NCBI GenBank assembly: GCA_049840735.1
Contig: JASGJN010000026.1
Location: 320,001 to 384,000 of the forward strand
Source of the DNA: Anaeromyxobacter sp.
Lineage (GTDB): Bacteria; Myxococcota; Myxococcia; Myxococcales; Anaeromyxobacteraceae
Length of the DNA: 64,000 nucleotides
Direction: 5' to 3'
Shown: positions 31,906 through 44,450 of the stretch, piece by piece
Position numbering within the stretch: the stretch's first letter is position 1
Layout of the letters: the number at the start of each line of letters is the position of its first letter
Notes under the pieces: model-generated
What the model was told of the DNA's origin: nothing
The model's database searches: none
What the model saw: only the letters and a program-made list of their open reading frames with translations
Translations under genes and position numbers: made by a program

Positions 31906-32777
31906 CTACGGATTCCCCAGCCCCAGGTCCGGCGACTCTGCCCCGGTGCTGCCGCGCGGCGGCGGCGCGGTGTCGGACGTGGAGCCTGTCGGGCTCGCGT
32001 CGCTCCCGCTCCCGGTCCCGGCGCTGGGCGCCGGCGGCGGCGGGGCGGGCGTCCCGGCGCCGCTCCCGGTGCCGCTGGTCGCGTCCCCGGTGGCGGTGCT
32101 GCCGGGCGCGGCGGCGGGCTGCTCCACGCGGGCCTGGGCGGTGCGCCAGTCGGCCTGGGCCTGCTGCGCCAGGTGCAGCGTCTCGCGCGCCTTGGCGTCG
32201 GCCTGCTCGGCGTCCTTGCGGGCGTCGGCGACGTGCGCGTCGAACGGGGCCGGGTCGTACTTCGTGGCGGCCGGGATGCCGGCCTGCGAGAGGGCTTGGA
32301 GCTTGGAGCGCTCCAGCTCCGCCTCGGCCGAGCGCACGCGCGCCTGGGCCGCGTCCACCTCGGCCTGGCGCGCGTCGATCAGCTGCTTGGCGTAGGCGCG
32401 ATGGGTCTCGGCCAGGCGGGTCCGCGCCTGCGCCGACTGGATGGCCTCCTGGGCGACGGCGCGGGCCTGGGGATCGGCCGAGTCCTCCGCCGCCTTGCGC
32501 GACGTGTCGGCCCGGAGCTGCGCGGCGCGGGCGGTGGTGTCGTCGGCGCGGGCCAGGTCGGCCTCGCGCCTGGCCTGCTGCAGGCGCAGCGAGGCGCGGG
32601 CCACCTCGTCGTGGGCGGCGGCGAGGTTGTCGCGGGCCGAGTCCACCGGCCCATCTGATCGGGCGAGAGCCGGCCGAAGTCGGCCTCGGAGATGGGCTTG
32701 AAGTCGCTCTTCTGCTGGCCCGCGCAGGCGGTGGCGGCCAGCGCAATCACGGTCAGTGCGCGTCGCGTCGTGGACAT
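31906..32777 (-). CDS. Coiled-coil lipoprotein; apparent frameshift at ~32650
   Basis: Lipobox AATAC in ORF 32379..32810 joins the Ala-rich helical ORF 31906..32646. Confidence 0.7.
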
Positions 32778-32834
32778 GGGTGAGTCCCCCTCGCCCATCA
32801 AGCTAGCCACGCGCAGGGCGCGCGGGCGCCTGCA

Positions 32835-33821
32835 TCACTCCTGCTCGTCGGCCGGCTCGGCGCCGCCGGCCGGCTGCTCGCCCCGCTTCTTGAGCCCGGC
32901 GGCCTCCAGCGCGGTGGACGGGCCGGCGGGCTTGCGCTCGTCCGGCAGGGCGCCGGCGGGCGCGGAGACCGCCTTGACGGCGCCGACGGCCCGCACCTGC
33001 GCCGAGAGCTCGACGGTGGTGGTGACCTCGCGCTGCTCGCCGCTCCTGAACGTCGCGGAGAGGCGGGCTCGGAGCGGGGCGCCGGTGGCGGCGTCGAGCA
33101 GCACCTCCCCCTTCGCCTGCGTGGGCCTGCGCCCGTCCAGGAAGGCGCGCCGGCGGGCGGTGTCCGGGTCCTCGAGCTGCGCGCCCGGGGCCGCCGGTGC
33201 GGGGGTCGGGGCGGGCGCCTCGGCCAGCGAGAGCTGGTAGCGCACCGCCTCGCGCCCGAGCACGCGCTCCTCGCCGGCCCGCTCCAGCCGCGCGCCCGGG
33301 CCGAGCAGCCCCAGCACCTCGCGCACCATGCCGAAGCTGTCCTCGCGGTAGCGGCGCGCGTCGCGCCCGTGGTCGGTGGGGCGCACGCGGAACGGCGCGG
33401 GGAGCGCCCGCCCGTAGGTGAGGCCGCCCACGTAGACCAGCTCCTTGCCGCCCACCGAGCCCGGGCCCTGCCCCGGATCCAGCTCGGCGCGCACCGCGAA
33501 CTCGCCGGCAGGGAACTGGCGCAGGGTGTGGGTCTCGGTGACGCGGAGCCGGTCGGCCTCGGCGCCCTTCCGCTGCGTGGTCCACTCGACCGCGGCGTCC
33601 CACTCGAACGCGCCCAGCCGGCGGGCCACGGCGTCGGCGTCCAGCGCCAGGCCGGCCTCCGGGTGGTCGGCGTCGAACGCGCCCTCGGTGGCAGCCGGGG
33701 TGGACGGGCCGCGCAGGCGGGCCTCGGCGTCGCGGTCGCCGCGGGCGCAGGCGAGCAGGGCGGCCAGGGCGGCCAGCAGGGCGGTGCGGGGGAGCGGGCG
33801 GCGCATCAGGGCGCGCATCAT
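32835..33821 (-). CDS. Hypothetical lipoprotein
   Basis: Lipobox LLAC; host-like codon usage. Confidence 0.7.
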   Translation of the reverse strand: MMRALMRRPLPRTALLAALAALLACARGDRDAEARLRGPSTPAATEGAFDADHPEAGLALDADAVARRLGAFEWDAAVEWTTQRKGAEADRLRVTETHTLRQFPAGEFAVRAELDPGQGPGSVGGKELVYVGGLTYGRALPAPFRVRPTDHGRDARRYREDSFGMVREVLGLLGPGARLERAGEERVLGREAVRYQLSLAEAPAPTPAPAAPGAQLEDPDTARRRAFLDGRRPTQAKGEVLLDAATGAPLRARLSATFRSGEQREVTTTVELSAQVRAVGAVKAVSAPAGALPDERKPAGPSTALEAAGLKKRGEQPAGGAEPADEQE

Positions 33822-33918
33822 GGCACGAGCGCAGCGGCCCGGCGAGGCGTCATTCCCGGCCGCCCGGGCCCTGCGACGCCCGCGCCGGGATCGTGGCCCG
33901 GAGCTGCGCCGGCGCGGG

Positions 33919-35745
<1,827 letters not shown>

Positions 35746-35920
35746 TCGCTTGAACGGAGCTTAACCCGCTCCGCGTCCGCTGGCACCCTCGTCGTGACCA
35801 TCCGGGCGCGGCGGGGCGCCCCGGTGCTGTCCGCGCCGGGGTCGAGGCCCGTCCGGGGCCGAACGCTGTCGGGAAGGGAGGTCGCCCACCCCGGTGGACT
35901 CCGGGGGGCGAGCGGTCCCT

Positions 35921-36205
35921 CTAGTACGTCTCGGCCTCGGCGCCATGGTCGGCGCCGGCGTCCACGCCGAGGTACCGGAGCAGCCGCACGTGGTGCTGGC
36001 GGAGCCCGCTCACCTCGACGGAGCGGCGGCCGGCCAGCGCGTGCGCGAGGACGGTGACGCCGTAGTCGTGGAACTCCCGGACGTGGGTGAGGTCGATGCG
36101 GACCTTGCCCTGGGCGTCACGGAGCGTGTGGGCCAGCCGCTGGGCGGCAGGCAGATCGAACACCCCGTCCACGCGGACGAGGAGCGGCTGATGCGTGTTG
36201 GACAT
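35921..36205 (-). CDS. STAS-domain protein
   Basis: VRVDGVFD...VRIDLTHVREFHDYGV..L...LLRYLG. Confidence 0.7.
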   Translation of the reverse strand: MSNTHQPLLVRVDGVFDLPAAQRLAHTLRDAQGKVRIDLTHVREFHDYGVTVLAHALAGRRSVEVSGLRQHHVRLLRYLGVDAGADHGAEAETY

Positions 36206-36501
36206 GACCTCTGTTCTTCCCCCGAGGCGGCGCCGTCCCCCCGGACGCGCCAACGTCTCCGAGAACCCCGGAGCCTCGCGGAACCTTCCATACATCTTCG
36301 CGTGGCCTGATCGCGGCGGTCTTTCGCCGCTGCGGCGGTCGGCCTGGCGACGGACGGGGTGGCGCCCGCCCGATCGCCACGAACGTGGCGGGTCAACGGA
36401 CCGTCAGGGTCGGTTTGTGAACGTAGCCAGGTCGGACGCACCCCGCGGGCGCGCCCCGCGGGCGTGCGACGTGGCATGCTGGCGCTGCCTCGAACGGTCC
36501 G

Positions 36502-37416
36502 ATGAGCGCGCCGATCGCACCCCGTCCCGCCGTGGACCTGTCCTACGAGGCCTTCCTGCGCGAGCGCTGGCCGCACCGGGTGCACCTGGTCTCGGTCTAT
36601 GCGCTGGTGGGCGGGCTGGTGCTGGCTGGCTTCGACGCCGTCTACACCCGCTTCCTGCCCGCGCCGCCCCCGCTCGCGCTGGCGGCCACCGCGCGGCTGC
36701 CCTGGCTGCTCATCCCGCTGCTGGGGCTGGTCCTGCCGCGGCTGCTGCGGGCCCGCGCCCTCCCGGTCGCGGCCGTGGCGCTCACCGCCCTCTGGGTCTG
36801 GGGGAACGACGCGGTCTACGTGGCGCTGGGGCTGGGCGGCTCGGCGCTGCACGCCAGCTTCGTGGTGGCCGCCTTCACCACCGCGGCGACGTTCATGCCG
36901 CTCACCCTGCGGGCGCGCTTCGGCGTCTTCGCGCTCTACGGGCTCGGGCTGGTGCTGATCGACGCGGCCTGGCCGGAGGACGGCGGCGCCACCGCGCGCC
37001 ACCTGGCCGACGGGGCCGGCCTGACGCTGGCGGCCTGCGCGGCGGTGGTGGCCGAGAACCACGCCCGGATGCAGCGGCGAGGCCTGCGGCTGCGCAGCGA
37101 CCTGCAGCAGCTGGTGCTGGAGCTGGAGGCCAGCCGGCAGCGCGCCACCGGGGCGGCGGTGGAGGTGGGGCGGCTGGCGGCCGGGGTGGCGCACGAGGTC
37201 AACAGCCCGCTCTCGGCGGTGAAGGTCAACGTGGCCTGGCTGGCGCAGCGGCTGGGCGAGGCGGCGCCGGACGCAGAGCGGGCCGAGGTCCTGGCGGACA
37301 CGCTGGCGGCCGTCGAGCGGATCCGCGCCATCGTGGCCCAGCTCCGGCACCAGGGGCTGGAGGCCGAGGGCGTGGGAGAGCCGCCCGAAGGGCCCGGCGG
37401 GAGCGGGCGGTCCTGA
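36502..37416 (+). CDS. Membrane protein with HisKA dimerization domain but no ATPase domain
   Basis: Several TM helices, then GRLAAGVAHEVNSPL...ERIRAIVAQL, then stop. Confidence 0.75.
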   Translation: MSAPIAPRPAVDLSYEAFLRERWPHRVHLVSVYALVGGLVLAGFDAVYTRFLPAPPPLALAATARLPWLLIPLLGLVLPRLLRARALPVAAVALTALWVWGNDAVYVALGLGGSALHASFVVAAFTTAATFMPLTLRARFGVFALYGLGLVLIDAAWPEDGGATARHLADGAGLTLAACAAVVAENHARMQRRGLRLRSDLQQLVLELEASRQRATGAAVEVGRLAAGVAHEVNSPLSAVKVNVAWLAQRLGEAAPDAERAEVLADTLAAVERIRAIVAQLRHQGLEAEGVGEPPEGPGGSGRS

Positions 37417-37420
37417 GCGT

Positions 37421-38080
37421 TCAGCCGCGCGCGCCGGCCCGGCCGCGCAGGTCGGCGAGCCGCTCGTACCAGTCCTGCAGCGCCGGGAGCCGGTCCTCGA
37501 CCAGCCCCGGCCGCACGAACTCGATCATGTGGAGCTGGCCCCGAATCGCGGCGTCGGCCAGCGTGGCGGCCTGGCCCAGCACGAAGGGGCGGGTGGCCAG
37601 GGCCGCGCCGACGGGCCGGAGCAGCGAGGCCAGCTGCGCGATCAGCGCCGGCTCGCCGGCGCGCCACTGCTCCAGGCAGCCCGGGCCGTAGCGCCGCTCC
37701 TTGATGACGCGGAAGAGCGCGCGGGCGTCGTCGCGCCCGCCCTGCAGCTCGGCGAAGCGCGCCTCCAGCCACGGGGCGGCGATGCGGAAGGCCACGTCCT
37801 CCAGCGGCCCCTCCGCCCAGCCCTCGAGCACCTCGGCCAGCGGCTCCTCGCGCAGCGAGGGGCGGTAGGCCTGGTCGAGGTAGGCGGTGATGCGCTGGCT
37901 GTCGGCGACCACCCGCCCGCCGTCCTCCAGGACCGGCACGTGGATGCCGCCGCTGAGCGCCACCAGCTCCCGGCGGTCGAGGTAGGGCACCTCCACGACC
38001 TCGAAGGCGAGCCCCTTGAGCTCGAGGCACTTGCGGACCTTGGCGGCGAACGGGCTGTAGGCGAACTGGTGGAGGCGCAT
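37421..38080 (-). CDS. Glutathione S-transferase family protein
   Basis: SPFAAKVR, VPVLED...DSQRI and TLADAA motifs. Confidence 0.88.
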   Translation of the reverse strand: MRLHQFAYSPFAAKVRKCLELKGLAFEVVEVPYLDRRELVALSGGIHVPVLEDGGRVVADSQRITAYLDQAYRPSLREEPLAEVLEGWAEGPLEDVAFRIAAPWLEARFAELQGGRDDARALFRVIKERRYGPGCLEQWRAGEPALIAQLASLLRPVGAALATRPFVLGQAATLADAAIRGQLHMIEFVRPGLVEDRLPALQDWYERLADLRGRAGARG

Positions 38081-38265
38081 GACTTGCCTCATCGCACGGG
38101 CGTTCAGGTGCCGGAAGGCCCTTCCTGGCGCGCACCCCTGCGACAGGCTGCGCGCTCAGGGCCGCCGTGCCTGGGGATTTCCGGTTTCGCTTGCGGTCCA
38201 CCGGCCGCCAGCCCGCATGCTCGTGGGGTGCGGCGATCCCGCCGCCGAGAGGAGCAGACGAGGAC

Positions 38266-40338
38266 ATGGACGCCATCTTCACCGTCGTCACCCTGGCCTG
38301 GATCGCCGGCGCGCTCGCCGCGGTCCTGCTGTTCCGGGTGTCGAACGTGGTCCGCTACATCCCGAACAACCGGGTGGGCGTGATCGAGCGGCTGTGGAGC
38401 TTCAGGGGGTCGGTGGAGCGCGGGCTGATCGCGCTCGAGGGGGAGGCGGGCTACCAGCCGGAGGTGCTGCGCGGCGGCTGGCACGTGTTCGCGCCGTTCC
38501 AGTACCGGGTGCACGTGGTGCCCCTGGTCACCATCCCGCAGGGGCAGCTGGGCTACGTCTTCGCCCGCGACGGCGCGCTCCTGCCGCCGACCCAGACCAT
38601 GGCCAGCAACGCGGCCACCGCCGAGTTCAGCGACGCCGCGGCCTTCCTGCGCGAGGGCGGGCAGCGCGGCCCGCAGCGCCGCGTGCTGCGCGAGGGCACC
38701 TACGCCATCAACCTGGCCCAGTTCGTGGTCATCACCGCCAGCCAGCTCCACTTCCTCTCGCTGGGCGACGAGGAGGCCGGCCTCTTCCGGGCCATGGCCG
38801 GGCTGCTCAACGAGCGCGACGGCTTCACGCCGGTGGTGATCACCGACGACGCGGTGGGCATCGTGACCGTGCACGACGGCCCCTCGCTGGCGCAGGGTGA
38901 GGTGATCGCGCCCACCGTGGGCGACCGGGTGGACGACGCCGAGCGCTACCACAACAACTTCCAGGACCCGGAGCGGTTCCTGGCGGCGGGCGGCCAGCGC
39001 GGCCGGCAGCTGCAGGTGCTGGTGGAGGGCACGTACTACCTGAACCGGCTCTTCACCACGGTCGAGCTGATCCCCAAGACCGTGGTCGAGGTCGGCCACG
39101 TGGGCGTGGTGGTCTCGTACACCGGCACGGCCGGGCGCGACATCTCAGGCGAGTCCTACCGGCACGGCGAGCTGGTCCAGTCCGGCCACCGCGGCGTCTG
39201 GAGCGAGCCGCTCCTGCCGGGCAAGTACGCGTTCAATACGTACGCCGGCAAGGTGATGATGGTGCCGACCACCAACTTCATCCTCAAGTGGGTGAAGGGG
39301 GAGATCGGCGTCCACCGCTACGACGAGAACCTGTCCGAGGTGCTGCTCATCACCAAGGACGCGTTCGAGCCGACGCTGCCGCTCTCGGTGGTGGTGCACA
39401 TCGACTACAAGAAGGCGCCGCTGGTGGTGCAGCGCTTCGGCGACGTGAAGAAGCTGGTGGAGCAGACGCTCGACCCGATGGTCTCGGCCTACTTCAAGAA
39501 CATCGGCCAGACCCGCACGCTCATCCAGCTCATCCAGGAGCGCTCGGAGATCCAGCGCATCGCCAGCGAGGAGATGAAGGCCAAGTTCGAGGGCTACTCG
39601 CTCGAGCTCAAGGAGGTGCTGATCGGCACGCCGTCGTCGCAGCCCAACGACCGCGCCATCGAGTCCATCCTGGTCCAGCTCCGCTCGCGGCAGATCGCCG
39701 AGGAGCAGGTGGAGACCTACTCGCGCCAGGAGCGCGCGGCGGTGAAGGAGCGCGAGCTGCGCGAGGCCGAGGCGCGCGCCAAGCAGCAGACCGCCATCAC
39801 CGAGTCGGAGCTGTCCATCACCGTGCAGGGCAACACCGGCAAGGCGGAGTACCAGCGCTCGGTGCAGCAGGCGGCGCAGATCCGCGCCCTGGCCGAGGCC
39901 GAGGCGGACAAGGTGAAGCTGATGGGCGCCGGTGAGGCGCAGCGGGTGAAGTCGATGGCCGAGGCCGAGGCCGAGAAGGCGGCGCGCGTGGGCGTGGCCC
40001 AGGCGCTCGCCATCGAGGAGCAGGTCCGCGCCTACGGCGGCCCGCAGCTGCAGATGACGCAGCAGGTGCTGTCGCGCTTCGCCGAGGCGGTGGAGGCCTC
40101 CCGCGTGGACGTGGTGCCCAAGATCGTGGTGGGCGGCGCGGCCGGCGGCTCCGGCGGCGGCGGGGCGGGCGGCTCGCTCTTCGAGTCGCTGCTGGCCCTG
40201 CTCCTCTCGGAGAAGCTGGGCGCCCAGGTGTCCGAGCCGGCCGCCGAGCGGGATCCGTCGGTGGCCGCCTACCGCGAGCAGATGCGGAGCAGCGTGGCGG
40301 GGATGCTGGGAGGGAACGGGGCGCAGAAGAAGACGTAG
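38266..40338 (+). CDS. SPFH/flotillin family protein
   Basis: N-terminal TM, repeated GQRGPQ/GRQ segments, ITKDAFEP, AEAEA coiled coil, VPKI. Confidence 0.88.
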   Translation: MDAIFTVVTLAWIAGALAAVLLFRVSNVVRYIPNNRVGVIERLWSFRGSVERGLIALEGEAGYQPEVLRGGWHVFAPFQYRVHVVPLVTIPQGQLGYVFARDGALLPPTQTMASNAATAEFSDAAAFLREGGQRGPQRRVLREGTYAINLAQFVVITASQLHFLSLGDEEAGLFRAMAGLLNERDGFTPVVITDDAVGIVTVHDGPSLAQGEVIAPTVGDRVDDAERYHNNFQDPERFLAAGGQRGRQLQVLVEGTYYLNRLFTTVELIPKTVVEVGHVGVVVSYTGTAGRDISGESYRHGELVQSGHRGVWSEPLLPGKYAFNTYAGKVMMVPTTNFILKWVKGEIGVHRYDENLSEVLLITKDAFEPTLPLSVVVHIDYKKAPLVVQRFGDVKKLVEQTLDPMVSAYFKNIGQTRTLIQLIQERSEIQRIASEEMKAKFEGYSLELKEVLIGTPSSQPNDRAIESILVQLRSRQIAEEQVETYSRQERAAVKERELREAEARAKQQTAITESELSITVQGNTGKAEYQRSVQQAAQIRALAEAEADKVKLMGAGEAQRVKSMAEAEAEKAARVGVAQALAIEEQVRAYGGPQLQMTQQVLSRFAEAVEASRVDVVPKIVVGGAAGGSGGGGAGGSLFESLLALLLSEKLGAQVSEPAAERDPSVAAYREQMRSSVAGMLGGNGAQKKT

Positions 40339-40363
40339 CGGAGCCGTGCACGGCGACGCTCAG

Positions 40364-40517
40364 CCGTTCGCGGTGAGCCTGTCGAACCGCGAACGGGACG
40401 GGAACGCGGCGCCCCTGGCCTCCGGGCCAGGGGCGCTGATGTTTGCAGGGCGGCCGCGTGCCCGCCACCGTTCGTCCTGAGCGTAGCCCCGCCGGCAGGC
40501 GGGGCGGAGTCGAAGGA
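40364..40517 (+). repeat. Two REP-like elements (short form 40364-40396, long form 40468-40517)
   Basis: ccgttcgcggtgagcctgtcgaaccgcgaacgg; ccgttcgtcctgagcgta-[gccccgcc ggca ggcggggc]-ggagtcgaagga. Confidence 0.75.
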
Positions 40518-40637
40518 CAGGGATCCTCGCCGGTCCGGTCGCACTCCGCTCTCGTGGTTCGACTCCGGGCCGGAGGCCGGCCCTACCACCACGAACGGAT
40601 ACCCAGGCCCTGGCCTGGCCTGCCTCGGCGCTCCTGG

Positions 40638-42998
40638 TCACTGGGCGACCCGCACCTCGAGGAAATCGAGCCCGCCGGTCACCACCTCCATCCGGACGGA
40701 CACCAGGCCGGCCGGGATCTGCGCGGTGACGCTGGTGCTGTCGGCCAGGTGGTCGCTCACCGGCAAGGTCACCCGCCCGGCCAGCGCCCCGTTGACGAAG
40801 AGGTCGAGCGTGGCGCCGGTGTAGGTGATGCCTCGCACCGTCAGCGTGCCGGTGAACGGCGCGGCGGCGTGGCCGGGGAGGGCCAGCAGCTCGCCCGCGT
40901 CGTTGCCGCCCAGGCAGGGGACGCCGTCGCAGGTGGTGTTGAAGTCGTAGCCGGTCCGGACGCGGTAGTCGGCCAGGTCGCGCCCGTCGAGCGCCCCGGG
41001 CAGCGCCGCGCCCAGCGTGACCGCGGCGCGGGAGCGGGCGCCGAGCTCGTCCAGGGCGGCGAGCTTGGGCGTGTCGGAGTCGAGGATGCTGGGGGTGAAC
41101 TCCCACGGCGTGCCGCCGCGGAGCGTGTAGTACATGAGCAGCTCACCGCCCTGGCCGCTCCAGGCGTCGTGCGTCTCGACCATCAGGTCCTGGATGCGGG
41201 GATCGGCGTTCACCGCGCGGGCCAGCGGGTCGCTGAACGGGTCCAGGCTGGGCCCGCCCTCGTAGGCGACGCGGCGCAGCCCGAAGGCCCCGGCCCAGAC
41301 CGCGTCCACGCCCACGCCGCGCACCATCTGGGCGTCGGGGTAGTTGCCGGCGGCGAAGAACGCGTCCAGGTCCGAGAGGTCGGCGGGCAGGTCGTTGACC
41401 TGGTAGTAGGCGGAGCCGCCCGCGCCGAAGACGTAGGAGTTCACCTCGCGTGCAGGGGCCCGCCCCCGCGCGTAGGCGTGGAGCCAGCTCAGGGCCGCCG
41501 AGAGGGTCCCCTGGCCGTCCCCCTGCTGCGTCATGAGCACCGGGCGGATCCGGTTCATCATGCTCGCGTCGCCGTAGACGTCGCGGAAGATGTCGCTGGC
41601 GACGGCCAGGCGGTAGGCCGGCCAGCGCCACATCCTGGTCCAGACGCTGTCGGTGGCGGGCGTGTTGACCGGGTGGCCGCCGGGCAGGGTCGAGACGAGG
41701 TCCTGGATGGCGTAGAAGCACCTGAAGCCGCCGGCGCTGTTCCAGATCTCGTTCGCGTACTCGAGGTAGACCCGGAGCGACGGATCGAGCGGCGGGTAGA
41801 CCGGGTGGGCCTGGCGGCTGGTGTACGGCTCCACGCCGTCGGTGCCGTAGCGCAGCGCCAGCGCCAGCTTGCGGATGAACGTGTCGTCCGCCACCACCGG
41901 GATGTTGATCCAGCAGTCCACGCCCAGGGTGTTGCAGAGCTGGATCTGGTGCTCCAGCGCCACGCCCGTCGGCGAATCGGTCCAGGTGGTGCCGCCCTGC
42001 CCGGTCCAGCCGGGGCCCAGCTTGACCATCTGCCCAGGCCGGGCCCGGTCCTCCCAGCGCTCGACCATGTTGGCGTTGGTCGCGGTCCAGTCCATCAGCC
42101 GGACCGCGCCGGCCTTGCCGAGCGCGGTGAGGAAGGGCGTGGTGAAGACGGCGCTGCCGTCGCTGGCGTAGCCGCCGCGGTAGAGGTGCAGGTCGGTGAA
42201 GCCGGAGTGGAGCGGGCTCTCCGCGGTGCGGCGGGTGTTGCGGAGCACGATCCCCACCGAGCCGGTCGAGCCGACGGCGTAGGTGAAGTCGGCCGTGGTG
42301 GTGTTGCTGGGCGCGTCGTAGCTCACGTTGCTGACGCTGCCGCCCGCCCACATGAGCGAGATGTCCGCCTGGCCGTGGAAGGAGAGCTTGTGCGTGCCGT
42401 TCACCTCGGCGGGCGTGCCGGTGAGGACGACGGTGGAGGCGTCGGCGGTGGGCCAGCCGTCCGCGTCGACGGTCCCCTCGTCCTGCCAGTCGGCGTCCTT
42501 CCATGGCCGGGCGTGCTTCATCAGGTCCACGAAGGCCAGGCTGCCGTCCCAGTCGCTGAGGAACCAGACGTTCATGCCGAGCTGGTTGCGGGTGCGGTCG
42601 TCGTCCGGCAGCGGCGTCAGCTCCGCCGAGGGCGAGGCCTGGACCTCGGCGCTGTCGGCGCTCTCGCCGGCCTCGCCGTAGGCGGAGACCACGTAGTGGT
42701 AGGTGACGCCGTTCGTGAGCCCGGCGTCCACCTGGCGCGTGCCGGCCGGCGCCGCCACCTGCGTGTACGGGCCGCCGGAGGTGCCGCTCCGCTTCAGGTG
42801 GTAGCCGGTGACCGCGCCGGTGCTGGCCTCCCAGGAGACGGTGACGCGGCCGTCGCCGGCCAGCGCCAGCACCCCCTGCGGCACCGTGGGCACGGCCGGT
42901 GGGGTCGGGCCGGAGGACGAGGTGCTGGCGTTGCAGGCCAGGAGCGCGAGCAGCAGCGCCGGGGCCAGCGCGCGGCAGGGGGTGCGGAGGGCGGTCAT
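40638..42998 (-). CDS. Fibronectin-III lipoprotein with putative carbohydrate-active (clan GH-A-like) domain
   Basis: Lipobox LLAC; FN3 (GDGRVTVSW..TNGVTYHYVV); VRLMDW, YLEYANEIWN and AYEGG motifs. Confidence 0.75.
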   Translation of the reverse strand: MTALRTPCRALAPALLLALLACNASTSSSGPTPPAVPTVPQGVLALAGDGRVTVSWEASTGAVTGYHLKRSGTSGGPYTQVAAPAGTRQVDAGLTNGVTYHYVVSAYGEAGESADSAEVQASPSAELTPLPDDDRTRNQLGMNVWFLSDWDGSLAFVDLMKHARPWKDADWQDEGTVDADGWPTADASTVVLTGTPAEVNGTHKLSFHGQADISLMWAGGSVSNVSYDAPSNTTTADFTYAVGSTGSVGIVLRNTRRTAESPLHSGFTDLHLYRGGYASDGSAVFTTPFLTALGKAGAVRLMDWTATNANMVERWEDRARPGQMVKLGPGWTGQGGTTWTDSPTGVALEHQIQLCNTLGVDCWINIPVVADDTFIRKLALALRYGTDGVEPYTSRQAHPVYPPLDPSLRVYLEYANEIWNSAGGFRCFYAIQDLVSTLPGGHPVNTPATDSVWTRMWRWPAYRLAVASDIFRDVYGDASMMNRIRPVLMTQQGDGQGTLSAALSWLHAYARGRAPAREVNSYVFGAGGSAYYQVNDLPADLSDLDAFFAAGNYPDAQMVRGVGVDAVWAGAFGLRRVAYEGGPSLDPFSDPLARAVNADPRIQDLMVETHDAWSGQGGELLMYYTLRGGTPWEFTPSILDSDTPKLAALDELGARSRAAVTLGAALPGALDGRDLADYRVRTGYDFNTTCDGVPCLGGNDAGELLALPGHAAAPFTGTLTVRGITYTGATLDLFVNGALAGRVTLPVSDHLADSTSVTAQIPAGLVSVRMEVVTGGLDFLEVRVAQ

Positions 42999-43169
42999 GG
43001 AGCTCCAGGGTGTCGGGGCGAGCACCGACCGTGGCATGGACCTCGACTGTGGGTCAATCGACGGGGCGTTCGCCGCGCCGCGGCGAAGCGACGCTCCGGC
43101 CCTCTCCCCACCCGAGGTGCGCCGCGCCGCCTCGACGGAGCGCGCCCGCCGTGGTTGACTCGCCGCCCC

Positions 43170-44450
43170 ATGACCGACACGGCCCCACCTGCCGCCTCCC
43201 CCGCGCGCGCGGTCCTCAACGCCGCCGTGGTGGTGGCGGCGCTCGGCTACTTCGTCGACATCTACGACCTGATCCTCTTCAACGTGGTCCGGGTGCAGAG
43301 CCTCAAGGACCTGGGCGTCACCACCGACCTGATCGAGGTCGGGGCGGCGATCGTCAACTGGCAGATGGGCGGCATGCTGCTGGGCGGGATCCTCTTCGGG
43401 ATCATCGGCGACAAGCTGGGCCGGCTGCAGATCCTCTTCGGCTCCATCACGCTCTACTCGCTGGCCACCATCGCCAACGGCTTCGTCACGACGGTCGGCC
43501 AGTACGAGGCGCTGCGCTTCCTGGCCGGCGTGGGGCTGGCGGGCGAGCTGGGGGCCGGGGTGACGCTGGTGGCGGAGATCCTCCCGGCCCGGCTGCGCGG
43601 CTACGGCACCATGCTGGTGGCCTCGGTGGGCGTCTCCGGCGCGGTGGTGGCCAACCTGGTGGCCAAGGACTTCGACTGGCGCACCGCCTACTGGGTGGGC
43701 GGCGGGCTGGGCGTGGTGCTGCTGCTGCTGCGCATCGGCGTGCGCGAGTCGGCCATGTTCCACCGCATGAAGGAGGGCACGGCCCGGCGCGGCGACTTCC
43801 TGGCGCTCTTCCGCACGCGCGAGCGGCTGGGCCGCTACCTGGCCTGCATCCTCATCGCCGTGCCCATCTGGTTCTCCAACCAGATCCTGATCGCCTACTC
43901 GCCCGAGTTCGCGAAGGCCATGGGCGTGACCGGGCCCATCTCGGCGGGCGACGCGGTGGCGGCCTTCTACCTGGGGCTGGTCTTCGGCGACCTGACCAGC
44001 GGGCTCGTCTCGCAGGCGCTGGCCTCGCGCCGCAAGGTGGTGCTGGGGTTCGTGGTGGCGCTGGCGGCGGCCAACGGCCTCTACTTCGCGGCCGGCCGGG
44101 GCGCCTCGCCGGCCACCTTCCTGGCGCTCTGCGGCCTGCTCGGCTTCACCGGCGGCTACTGGGCCATCTTCGTCACCGTGGCGGCGGAGCAGTTCGGCAC
44201 CAACATCCGCGCCACCGTGGCCACCACCGTGCCCAACTTCGTGCGCGGGCTGGTGGTGGTGGTGAACCTCATGTTCCTGTGGACCCGCGGCAAGCCGGCC
44301 ACCGAGGCCACCCCCGCCTCCGGGCTCGGGCTGGGGCTGTTCGGCGCGGCGGCGGTGGTGGGCGCGTTCTGGTTCCTGCTGGCGCTGGTCTCGGCCTGGC
44401 GGCTGCGCGAGACCTTCGGCGTGGACCTGGACTACCTGGAGGAGGGCTGA
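43170..44450 (+). CDS. MFS transporter
   Basis: YFVDIYDL, GDKLGR, GLAGELG and AEQFGTNIRAT motifs. Confidence 0.92.
   Translation: MTDTAPPAASPARAVLNAAVVVAALGYFVDIYDLILFNVVRVQSLKDLGVTTDLIEVGAAIVNWQMGGMLLGGILFGIIGDKLGRLQILFGSITLYSLATIANGFVTTVGQYEALRFLAGVGLAGELGAGVTLVAEILPARLRGYGTMLVASVGVSGAVVANLVAKDFDWRTAYWVGGGLGVVLLLLRIGVRESAMFHRMKEGTARRGDFLALFRTRERLGRYLACILIAVPIWFSNQILIAYSPEFAKAMGVTGPISAGDAVAAFYLGLVFGDLTSGLVSQALASRRKVVLGFVVALAAANGLYFAAGRGASPATFLALCGLLGFTGGYWAIFVTVAAEQFGTNIRATVATTVPNFVRGLVVVVNLMFLWTRGKPATEATPASGLGLGLFGAAAVVGAFWFLLALVSAWRLRETFGVDLDYLEEG

Noticed and set aside
40443..43169. Very long shadow ORFs (e.g. the 5' part of 40443..44450, also 56464..60783 and 1528..4431)
   Set aside because: Antisense or off-frame shadows of real genes, with Arg/Gly/Ala/Pro-rich nonsense composition.
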